Part shown: one piece after another, positions 14,745 through 22,596 of the stretch | Layout of the letters: each line of letters opens with the position of its first letter | How positions within the stretch are numbered: the stretch's first letter is position 1 | DNA from: an uncultured Erysipelotrichaceae bacterium | GTDB lineage: Bacteria > Bacillota_I > Bacilli_A > Erysipelotrichales > Erysipelotrichaceae | Direction of reading: 5' to 3' | DNA: 32,000 bases | Assembly: GCA_942493105.1 (NCBI GenBank) | Contig: OW818668.1 | Location: forward strand, 840,001 to 872,000 | Notes under the pieces: generated by a model | Seen by the model: the letters and a program-made list of their open reading frames with translations, nothing else | What the model was told of the DNA's origin: nothing | The model's database searches: none | Made by a program: the position numbers and the translations under genes

Positions 14745-15341
14745 TTATTGAGTTTTTAACCAAGTCTTGGCCGCATAAATCTCAGGTTCAGTTAAGTTAT
14801 GTCCCCCATTTTCCCAATGAAGTGTAACTTTTGCGTTAGCGTTGGTTAGTAAGTCAGCTAATTCTTGAGTGACTTTAGGTTCACATAAGGGATCTTTCTT
14901 ACCGGCTGATATAAATACCGATCCCTGATGTAAGTTAGGTAGAGCCTTATGTAGGGGCACTACAGGGTGAAACAATATGGCTTTGTCTAAGGCGTCCTCA
15001 TAATGAAACAGAAGACTGGCAGCGATATTTGCCCCATTGGAGTAGCCTAAGGCAATCACTTTAGATCGATCAAACCCATAATCAAGTGAAGCTTGATCAA
15101 TAAATGATTTAAATTGGTGAGTACGATAAATCAAATCTGGTTCATCAAAGACACCTTCTGATTGTCTTTTAAAAAATCGATTCATTCCACGCTCTTGGAC
15201 ATCTCCTCGAACACTTAGGACGTTGTATCTGGGTTCGATCATGTGAGCCAAGGGAATCAAATCATGTTCATCTCCGCCTGTCCCATGAAGCAGTAAAAAC
15301 GTTGGCTGTGTAAGATCATGCTTTTTGAATAAATGGATCAT
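14745..15341 (-). CDS. Phospholipase/carboxylesterase-family alpha/beta hydrolase (MhqD-like)
   Basis: LLHGTGGDEHDL N-terminus, a GYSNGA nucleophile elbow, and C-terminal GGHNL. Its start overlaps the stop of the MarR gene. Confidence 0.8.
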   Translation of the reverse strand: MIHLFKKHDLTQPTFLLLHGTGGDEHDLIPLAHMIEPRYNVLSVRGDVQERGMNRFFKRQSEGVFDEPDLIYRTHQFKSFIDQASLDYGFDRSKVIALGYSNGANIAASLLFHYEDALDKAILFHPVVPLHKALPNLHQGSVFISAGKKDPLCEPKVTQELADLLTNANAKVTLHWENGGHNLTEPEIYAAKTWLKTQ

Positions 15342-15763
15342 AAAGATACACCTTGTTTTCCAAGTTTCTTTAAGAGGAATTGAAGTTGTATTTCTTCATC
15401 AGGCGTTAGAATATTGAGTATAGATCTAAGATGCTCTACATGTCTAGGATAAGATTCATCAAAAAGAGCTTTGCCTTGATCAGTAAGTTCACAAATATGA
15501 TGACGACGATCTTGAAAATCTTTTTCTTTACGAAGCAAGCCTTTTTGAATTAAAGTATCGATCACATAACTAAGCGATGAATTCGCAATTAGAACTTTTG
15601 ATTTAATAAGATGTACTGGTTGAGGTCCTTTATGATACAAGACTTCAAGCACTCCAAACTCAGTTACATTCAAACCATATCTTTGAACATCTTTTTGAAT
15701 ACATGATCTAACATAATCAGTCGCTCTAAATAAAATCGTGACTGTTTTTAGTTCGTTGTTCAT
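15338..15763 (-). CDS. MarR-family transcriptional regulator (MhqR-like by context)
   Basis: 141 aa. Winged-helix core (FGVLEVLYHKGPQPVHLIKSKVLIANSSLSYVIDTLIQKGLLRKEKDFQDRR). ATGA start/stop overlaps on both sides indicate translational coupling. Confidence 0.8.
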   Translation of the reverse strand: MNNELKTVTILFRATDYVRSCIQKDVQRYGLNVTEFGVLEVLYHKGPQPVHLIKSKVLIANSSLSYVIDTLIQKGLLRKEKDFQDRRHHICELTDQGKALFDESYPRHVEHLRSILNILTPDEEIQLQFLLKKLGKQGVSL

Positions 15764-16749
15764 TCATAAACCTCTTTGATGAATGTCTTTGTGCTTCTTA
15801 CAGTATCAATAGGTCTTACCAGTGATTCGATGACTTCACGCTGATTTCTGAACTTTGGTGGTAAAGCTAAGTGTTCTCCTAAAGTTTCATAAGGTTCTTC
15901 ATCATCAATAAAACCAGGTCCTTCTGTTGCGAATTCAAATAACAGACCAGGATATAATCGTGTATATAAAGATTTGAAATAGAAACGATCTACATAACCT
16001 GAGTGTCCAGCACGGAAGGATTCTAAACGTTTGATCCATTGATCCAGTTCAGTCTTATCTTCGATCCTAAAAGCAACATGATGAACCCCTCCATAACCTT
16101 GTGAAGCATCTTTAAGAGAAGGTTGATGATCAAGAATAACACTGGCCCCATTACCACCTAAACCCATCTCATAGAGCGTATATTGAGCTTCAGAGGACTG
16201 TTTTCTCATCAGCATGATTTCAGTTAATACCTTGTTGATTTTTGAGACATCATTGACTCGCATAAATATAGGACCCAATCCTGTAATCCCAAATTCATTA
16301 GGTACAGGTCCTTTTAACCATGGTGTACCAGATTCTATCCCAACATTATTTTCATCAGAAAATAGAGCATATTCTTGATCATCAAAATCCGTAAAGAAAA
16401 TTACTTTTCTTCCAAATAAATCTTGGATGCCGTCATGACTGACATTATAGTGATCAAAACGTTTGATCCAATACTCAAGTGAAGCATCATCCTTAACTCT
16501 CAATCCGATTCTAGAGATTTCATTGGTGCCTTTCTTTGCTTTTGAAATGCCTTGGAAATCAAAGAAAGTAACATCTGTTCCTGCATTTCCTCGATCATCC
16601 GCAAAAAACAAATGATAGGTTTGGATATCATCTTGATTCACTGTTTTCTTAACTAAACGCATTCCTAATACATATGTGAAAAATTCATAATTCTTTTCGG
16701 CACTGCTGGTGATCGCAGTAACGTGATGTATTCCTTTGAGTTGATTCAT
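15760..16749 (-). CDS. Two-domain VOC/glyoxalase-fold ring-cleaving dioxygenase (MhqA/E/O-like)
   Basis: GIHHVTAITSSAEKNYEFFTYVLGMRLVKKTVNQDD..TYHLFF N-terminus with a second GVHHVAFR module. RBS is GGAG. Confidence 0.85.
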   Translation of the reverse strand: MNQLKGIHHVTAITSSAEKNYEFFTYVLGMRLVKKTVNQDDIQTYHLFFADDRGNAGTDVTFFDFQGISKAKKGTNEISRIGLRVKDDASLEYWIKRFDHYNVSHDGIQDLFGRKVIFFTDFDDQEYALFSDENNVGIESGTPWLKGPVPNEFGITGLGPIFMRVNDVSKINKVLTEIMLMRKQSSEAQYTLYEMGLGGNGASVILDHQPSLKDASQGYGGVHHVAFRIEDKTELDQWIKRLESFRAGHSGYVDRFYFKSLYTRLYPGLLFEFATEGPGFIDDEEPYETLGEHLALPPKFRNQREVIESLVRPIDTVRSTKTFIKEVYE

Positions 16750-16770
16750 ACGTTTCTCCTATTGATAGAT

Positions 16771-16822
16771 GAAGTTTAGTTTAAACAACAACAAACTTCA
16801 AGAATAATGCTTCGAATTCGAA
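16771..16822 (-). promoter_or_regulatory. Candidate promoter and operators of the mhq-like operon
   Basis: Minus-strand TTGAAG (16801-16796), a 17-nt spacer, then TAAACT (16778-16773). The inverted repeat GAAGTTT (16771-16777) / AAACTTC (16793-16799) overlaps both hexamers. The perfect palindrome TTCGAATTCGAA sits at 16811-16822. Confidence 0.4.
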
Positions 16823-16936
16823 ATAATAGCTATGGTTGTAAAGAATTAGAGATCAAGTCGTGATAAATGTGCAATTTTCAATATTTAAAACCAAATACTT
16901 CATTATTTCAACTAAATCGAGTTTGTAATAAACAGA

Positions 16937-16993
16937 AATGTAATATAATGTTGACTAATGTCATTATAAATGTTATAAAATGATTGATAATGT
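16937..16993 (+). promoter_or_regulatory. Promoter of the PTS island embedded in six ~10-bp-phased AATGT/AATGA boxes
   Basis: TTGACT (16951-16956), a 17-nt spacer, then TATAAA (16974-16979). AATG(T/A) starts at 16937, 16947, 16957, 16969, 16979 and 16989. Confidence 0.5.
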
Positions 16994-17108
16994 TATATTA
17001 AGTTAGAAAATTTACACTAAAAGTTATAATTTGATGGAGATTTATAAATCTTGTTAAAAACAGAACACAAAACAACAAGATTGAAATAAAATAGAAAGGA
17101 GGTGAACT

Positions 17109-17843
17109 ATGAAAAAAATAATGATTGGAGAAATGAGTTGGATAGAAGCAAATGAAAGAATAAGAGAGTCTAGAGCAGTCATATTGCCTTTGGGATCTAC
17201 TGAACAACATGGTCCACACATGAGTTTAGCTACTGACACTACAGTTGCATCATATGTGTCAAAGGTTTTAGGTGAATTGACAGACTGTGTTGTTTTACCG
17301 ACCTTGCCTTTTGGGCAAGTTTGGTCTGCAAAAGATTTTCCGGGTACCATGTCGCTTAAAGAAAGAACTTTTATAGAGGTTGTTAAAGACGTTGTTATAA
17401 GTTTAGAAAAAGGTGGGGCACGAAACGTTATTTTGTTTTCGGGACATCTTGGAAACAACCTCCCCAGTAAGACAGCAGCAAGAGAATTGCTTGATGAATT
17501 TGGATATAAAAATGTATTCCATATTAGTTATACTGACATAAAAAAACACAGTTTAGGGATCATGGATACAGACCCATGGAATGGAAAAACCTTTCATGCT
17601 GCTGAACTCGAAACTTCAATCTTACTCCACATTGCGCCAGATGGAGTCGATATGTCAAAAGCGGTCCGTGAGTATCCGTTGGTTCCAGGAGATATAGAAA
17701 TAAGACCAATTCCTTGGAAGGATTTCAGTTCAACTGGCGTTTTCGGAGATGCAATTCCGTCAACCGCTGAAAAGGGAAAAAGATTCTTGGATAATTGGAT
17801 AAATGATATGGTTGAGATTATTGAGAAGAATGTTAAGTACTAA
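17109..17843 (+). CDS. Creatininase-family amidohydrolase
   Basis: Family signature LPLGSTEQHGPHMSLATD, later GHLGN and HAAELETS blocks. Strong RBS AAAGGAGGTG. Confidence 0.85.
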   Translation: MKKIMIGEMSWIEANERIRESRAVILPLGSTEQHGPHMSLATDTTVASYVSKVLGELTDCVVLPTLPFGQVWSAKDFPGTMSLKERTFIEVVKDVVISLEKGGARNVILFSGHLGNNLPSKTAARELLDEFGYKNVFHISYTDIKKHSLGIMDTDPWNGKTFHAAELETSILLHIAPDGVDMSKAVREYPLVPGDIEIRPIPWKDFSSTGVFGDAIPSTAEKGKRFLDNWINDMVEIIEKNVKY

Positions 17844-17874
17844 ATTGATCATATAGAGATCGGAAAGGTGGATT

Positions 17875-19254
17875 ATGGAATTCATTGCTTCAACATTTAA
17901 GATTATTGCTGGTCAGATCGAGTTGGTAATGGGAATTGTTGTTTTAATCGGTTTGATTATTCAAGGGAAAAAGCCATATGAAATTGTTAAAGGTGTTATT
18001 AAGGCTGTTGTAGGTGTTTTAATTTTAAAAGCAGGTTCAACACTCTTACAGGCACCTTATAAACCTGTAATGGAGATGATCAAAGCACAATTCAATATCA
18101 CAGGTATAATTACAGAAAACTACACTGGCATGGCTGCTATTAATACAGCCTTGTCTCCAGCAGTTTTGAGTATAATCCCTCAGGTTATGGTGTTTGGCTT
18201 CTTGGTCAATTTACTGTTGGCTCGATTTACCAATTTGAAATATGTATTCTTAACTGCCCATACTATGTTAGCTTTCTCAACTCTAACAGTATGGATGATG
18301 ACTTGGTTCTTTAAGGCAGAAGGATTACAATTATTACTTGCTAGTAGTCTCGTGTGTGGTGTTTATTGGACAATAATGCCAGCATGGGTTCATAAGTACT
18401 CTCGTCCTTTTGCTGGAGATAGTTTCACATTAGGTCACATTTCAGGATTTGCAGCAATTATAAGTTCACTCATTGGCCGAGTTCTTGGTAAATATAACAA
18501 GAAAGAACCAAAATTCTTTGATGAATCTGAAGAAGCAGAAAATAAATATTCTGGTTTATCAGTATTATTTAACGATAGTACAGTAGTAACAGCGATTTTG
18601 ATGACAATCGTATTGGGTGGAGCTACTCTGCTTGTAAAAAGAGAGTTGGTAGTTGCTGCTGCCGGTGCGATGAATCCTTATGTTTATATGTTTGAATTAG
18701 GCTTTAGCTTTACAGTTGGTATTGTAGTCTTGCTTACAGGTGTGCGTATGATGATTGCTGAATTGGTTCCAGCATTTAAAGGAATCTCTGATAAATTGAT
18801 TCCTAATGCTGTCCCAGCATTAGATATGCCAGTGTTTTATCCTTTAGCTCCATTCGCAGCTATTTTGGGTTTTATTGGAACTTTCCTTGGCGAATTCATT
18901 GGATTCTTTGTTCTTCTCGGAACAGGATCTGCCATTGTTATGATTCCTGGCATCATAGCTACCTTCTTTGATGGTGGTATCGCTGGTGTCTTTGGTTATA
19001 AATATGGTGGTAAAAAGGCAGCATTTATTTCAGGTCTTGTTGTTGGGTTGGTCCAAATTCTTGGCGGTGTATTCTTTACCAAATTATCAGGTATGTCAAC
19101 ACTTGGTGCAACCTATGGAAATACAGACTTTGGTTCCTTGTGGGCAGTGTTAGCCTTCATTATGAGTTTCTTAGGAAACGTATGGGTATTTATAGCATTA
19201 ATCGCAGTTCTGTTTGTAGTTGCAAATCATTTCTTAAAACCGAAAACAGTTTAA
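17875..19254 (+). CDS. PTS EIIC component, ascorbate (UlaA/SgaT) family
   Basis: 459-aa polytopic protein. The N-terminus and layout resemble SgaT/UlaA (..GIVVLIGLIIQGKK...IKAVVGVLILKAGSTLL..), and it sits in a cluster with EIIA and EIIB genes. Confidence 0.8.
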   Translation: MEFIASTFKIIAGQIELVMGIVVLIGLIIQGKKPYEIVKGVIKAVVGVLILKAGSTLLQAPYKPVMEMIKAQFNITGIITENYTGMAAINTALSPAVLSIIPQVMVFGFLVNLLLARFTNLKYVFLTAHTMLAFSTLTVWMMTWFFKAEGLQLLLASSLVCGVYWTIMPAWVHKYSRPFAGDSFTLGHISGFAAIISSLIGRVLGKYNKKEPKFFDESEEAENKYSGLSVLFNDSTVVTAILMTIVLGGATLLVKRELVVAAAGAMNPYVYMFELGFSFTVGIVVLLTGVRMMIAELVPAFKGISDKLIPNAVPALDMPVFYPLAPFAAILGFIGTFLGEFIGFFVLLGTGSAIVMIPGIIATFFDGGIAGVFGYKYGGKKAAFISGLVVGLVQILGGVFFTKLSGMSTLGATYGNTDFGSLWAVLAFIMSFLGNVWVFIALIAVLFVVANHFLKPKTV

Positions 19255-19335
19255 TTAGTAACTCATTGTGTGAATGAGTTTGATTATAAAATCAGACTCA
19301 TTCACATATTTATGAATGTTAGAAAGGAAATTACC

Positions 19336-20136
19336 ATGTGGTTTGATGAAGTATTTAAAACGAGAAAGCCAGTTATAGGTATGTGTCATTTTCAAGCTCT
19401 ACCTGGAGATCCGAATTATGACGAAGCAAAAGGAATGTCTTATGTAGTTGAAAAAGCTCGTCACGATTTGTTGGCACTCCAAAATGGAGGAGTTGACGCA
19501 ATTCTTTTCTCAAATGAATTTAGCTTACCTTACTTGACTGATGTTAAACCGGTAACAATTGCTGCAATGGCAAGGATTATTGGAGAATTAAAAAAAGAGA
19601 TAAAGGTGCCTTACGGAGTTGATGTGCTTTGGGATCCGTGTAAAAGCTTTGATTTGGCAGTTTCAGTTGATGCAAGCTTCGTTAGAGAGATTTTCACAGG
19701 AGTGTACGCTAGTGATTTTGGATTATGGAATACGAATTATGGTGAAACGATCAGACACAAAAATAGTATACACGCAAAACATGTTAGAGCACTATTTAAC
19801 ATTGTTCCAGAAGCGGCTAAATATCTTGCGGATCGAGATATCGAATCCGTTGCGAAGTCGACTGTATTTAACAATAACCCAGATGCATTGTGCGTTTCAG
19901 GCTTGACTGCAGGAGTTGCCACAGATACCGCAGTACTGACAAGAGTAAAAAATGCAGTACCCAACACAATGGTTTTCGTTAATACTGGAGTTAATTTAGG
20001 TAATGTTCATGAACAATTATCCATTGCTGATGGTTGTGTAGTTGGAACATTCTTTAAAAGAGATGGTCAGTTTTATAACGAAGTCGATGAAGCAAGAGTT
20101 AAATCTCTTATGGACAAAGTCAAGCAATTAAGATAA
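19336..20136 (+). CDS. BtpA/SgcQ-family TIM-barrel protein, paralog 1
   Basis: ATG at 19336 follows AAAGGA. KPVIGMCHFQALPGDP N-terminal signature and NTGV near the C-terminus. The listed GTG at 19270 lies inside an intergenic hairpin. Confidence 0.8.
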   Translation: MWFDEVFKTRKPVIGMCHFQALPGDPNYDEAKGMSYVVEKARHDLLALQNGGVDAILFSNEFSLPYLTDVKPVTIAAMARIIGELKKEIKVPYGVDVLWDPCKSFDLAVSVDASFVREIFTGVYASDFGLWNTNYGETIRHKNSIHAKHVRALFNIVPEAAKYLADRDIESVAKSTVFNNNPDALCVSGLTAGVATDTAVLTRVKNAVPNTMVFVNTGVNLGNVHEQLSIADGCVVGTFFKRDGQFYNEVDEARVKSLMDKVKQLR

Positions 20137-20172
20137 AGTTTATTGGAAAAGTGGATAATAAAAAAGGTGGTC

Positions 20173-20982
20173 ATGATGATAGCTGCTGAACGTAGAGAGT
20201 TAATAGTCCAAAAAATAAAAGCGAGTAAATTCGTATCAATTCAAGAGTTATCTAAGGAATTTAGTGTAACTGAGATGACGATTCGAAGAGACCTAGATTT
20301 TTTGACTCGCCAAGGCTTAATAAAGCGATCTCATGGAGGGGCTCTTATCAATGATAAGGTTGGTTTAGAATCAGAGTTCGATACAAGAAAAATTCAGCTA
20401 AGTGAAATAAAGGAAGTTATTGGTAAGAAAGCTGCAAGTTTAATTTCAGCAGGCGATTGTATTGCTATTGATTGTGGTACTACAGCGTACGAAGTGTCTC
20501 GATTTATATCAAATATCCCGGATTTAAAAGTGATTACTGCTTCAATCCCAGTTATTGCTGAACTGTTACAGTATCCGCAGGTAAATGTTATTTGTACTGG
20601 TGGAGAGCTTTCTATTAAAGATAAATCACTTGTTGGAAGCACGGCAATTCGTACTATTCAAGACTATATCCTGGACAAGGTTTTTATTGGAGTCGCTGGA
20701 ATCTCATTTGATTTTGGTTTCACCATGTTTAACATGAATGACACACTTGTTAAAAGAGCTTTTATTGATCGCGCTAGAGAAGTGATTGTTGTGGCGGACT
20801 CATCAAAGATCGGGGTTACTCGACATGCATATTTTTGTGAGATTGAAAAAGCAAATAAAATTATTACAGATAGTGGAATCAGCAACGAAGATTATCAGGA
20901 GTTCATAAATATGGGAATAGAGGTAATTATTGCTGATAAAGATAAAGTGAACTTTGGAGAAAATGATAACAAAAATCTTTAA
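20173..20982 (+). CDS. DeoR-family transcriptional regulator
   Basis: ATG follows AAGGTGG. N-terminal HTH (ERRELIVQKIKASKFVSIQELSKEFSVTEMTIRRDLDFLTRQGLIKRSHGGA) and a C-terminal DeoR sugar-phosphate sensor domain. Confidence 0.85.
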   Translation: MMIAAERRELIVQKIKASKFVSIQELSKEFSVTEMTIRRDLDFLTRQGLIKRSHGGALINDKVGLESEFDTRKIQLSEIKEVIGKKAASLISAGDCIAIDCGTTAYEVSRFISNIPDLKVITASIPVIAELLQYPQVNVICTGGELSIKDKSLVGSTAIRTIQDYILDKVFIGVAGISFDFGFTMFNMNDTLVKRAFIDRAREVIVVADSSKIGVTRHAYFCEIEKANKIITDSGISNEDYQEFINMGIEVIIADKDKVNFGENDNKNL

Positions 20983-21421
20983 TGAAGTTGAAGTTATTGA
21001 TGAGAAATTCGAAAATTGGATCCAGGTAGTTGACTTTGTTTGTGCAATTTTCACTAAAAGAAAATGGTCAACTAGTGATTACTTTGAACATATTAAAAAA
21101 GATATGATTGAAACGAAATCATATATGGTACTAGCACCCGGTGTCGTTTTATTGCACAGTTCACCAAAGAATGGTGCTCTTGATGATGCGTTCCATTTTA
21201 TAAAACTTAAACATTCAGTTAAGTTTGATCATGATTATAATGACCCAGTTCATTCAGTGATTACGTTTTCAGCAACAGATACTAAGAAGCATATTGAGTC
21301 GATTCAGAGACTGGCATATTTGTTGATTGATGAGGAATTTATGAATGAAATTAGACAGAATGTTAGTCGAATTGAGTTGATTAATATTTTATGTAAATAT
21401 GAAAATAAATCATTACAGTGA
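20963..21421 (+). CDS. PTS EIIA component (EIIA-2: mannitol/fructose/ascorbate type)
   Basis: About 150 aa with the EIIA-2 layout and a candidate phospho-His in APGVVLLHSSP. It overlaps the DeoR 3' end by 20 nt. TTG at 20954 is an alternative start. Confidence 0.7.
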   Translation: MITKIFNEVEVIDEKFENWIQVVDFVCAIFTKRKWSTSDYFEHIKKDMIETKSYMVLAPGVVLLHSSPKNGALDDAFHFIKLKHSVKFDHDYNDPVHSVITFSATDTKKHIESIQRLAYLLIDEEFMNEIRQNVSRIELINILCKYENKSLQ

Positions 21422-21439
21422 ACCGATGGAGGTTTCTAA

Positions 21440-21751
21440 ATGCTTAAAGTAAACACAGTATGTGTAAATGGAATGGGATCAAGTTTGATTCTTAGGATGA
21501 CTGTTGAAAAAGCCCTTAAAGAGTTAAACATAAATGCTCAAGTAACAGCAATAGATTTTAGTGGCTTTCAAGGGATGAAACCACATTTATGTATCACAAC
21601 TCCAGAGCTTGCAAAAAGTATTAAAGCTTCTGAAACCATGATTGTTTTAACAATAATCAATTTTACGGATGTTCAAGGAATAAAGCAGAAGATAGCTGAT
21701 GCTATTAATTTGTATCCGTTTCTTAAAGTTGAAGTTGATAAGAATAAGTAA
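21440..21751 (+). CDS. PTS EIIB component (ascorbate/lactose-type, Cys phosphocarrier)
   Basis: 103 aa. N-terminal KVNTVCVNGMGSSLILRM active-site Cys loop. RBS is GGAGG. Confidence 0.8.
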   Translation: MLKVNTVCVNGMGSSLILRMTVEKALKELNINAQVTAIDFSGFQGMKPHLCITTPELAKSIKASETMIVLTIINFTDVQGIKQKIADAINLYPFLKVEVDKNK

Positions 21752-21789
21752 GGGTACGTTCATATCCATATTTCAAAGGAGCGCAAAAT

Positions 21790-22596
21790 ATGTGGATTAA
21801 AAATACATTTGGAGTAATAAAACCAGTAATTGGAATGGTTCATATTGATGCATTACCCGGTACTGTTTTGTATAACCAAACTGGCGGTTTGAATAAAATA
21901 ATTGAGCATGCAAAACAAGATTATGTATCACTAGTAGAAGGTGGAATTAATGCGGTTATATTCTGTAATGAGAATGATAAACCTTATTCAAAAGAAGTTG
22001 ATCCTCATATTGTCTCCGCTATGACATTGGTTATTCGTGAAGTAGTAGGCAACAAAGTAATCATTCCTTTTGGAGTAGATATTCAATGGGATGCAAAAGC
22101 GTCATTAGCTGTTGCGAGTATGACAAATGCTTCCTTCATAAGAGGGATTGTTTCTGGTACCTATTGTGGAGATTTAGGATTCTTTACTCCAGATACTGAG
22201 GATATTCTCAAGTATAGGCACCAAATTAATGCTGACCATGTGAAGATTTTGACCAATATAAATCCAGAGTTTTCTGAATCACTTGATCGAAGATCGCTTG
22301 AATTAAGAATAATGACAATTTCTAAAAGTACTTTAGTTGATGGAATATGTGTATCAGGGATTATGGCTGGTGTTGCAACATCGTATGAAATGTTAAAGGA
22401 TGTTAAAAAACTGAATGGAGATTTCCCGATTATTGCAAATACAGGGATTAATTTTGATAACATAAATCAAGCTTTAGAGTATGCGGACGCTTGTGTAGTA
22501 GCCACATGTTTAAAAGTGAATGGCAACTCTAGGGGTCGGATTGATGTGAATAATGTTAAGAAGCTTATGGCAAAATTAAAAAAGGAGACAAAATGA
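21790..22596 (+). CDS. BtpA/SgcQ-family TIM-barrel protein, paralog 2
   Basis: KPVIGMVHIDALPGT signature. It is collinear with paralog 1 but strongly diverged. RBS is AAAGGAG. Confidence 0.8.
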   Translation: MWIKNTFGVIKPVIGMVHIDALPGTVLYNQTGGLNKIIEHAKQDYVSLVEGGINAVIFCNENDKPYSKEVDPHIVSAMTLVIREVVGNKVIIPFGVDIQWDAKASLAVASMTNASFIRGIVSGTYCGDLGFFTPDTEDILKYRHQINADHVKILTNINPEFSESLDRRSLELRIMTISKSTLVDGICVSGIMAGVATSYEMLKDVKKLNGDFPIIANTGINFDNINQALEYADACVVATCLKVNGNSRGRIDVNNVKKLMAKLKKETK

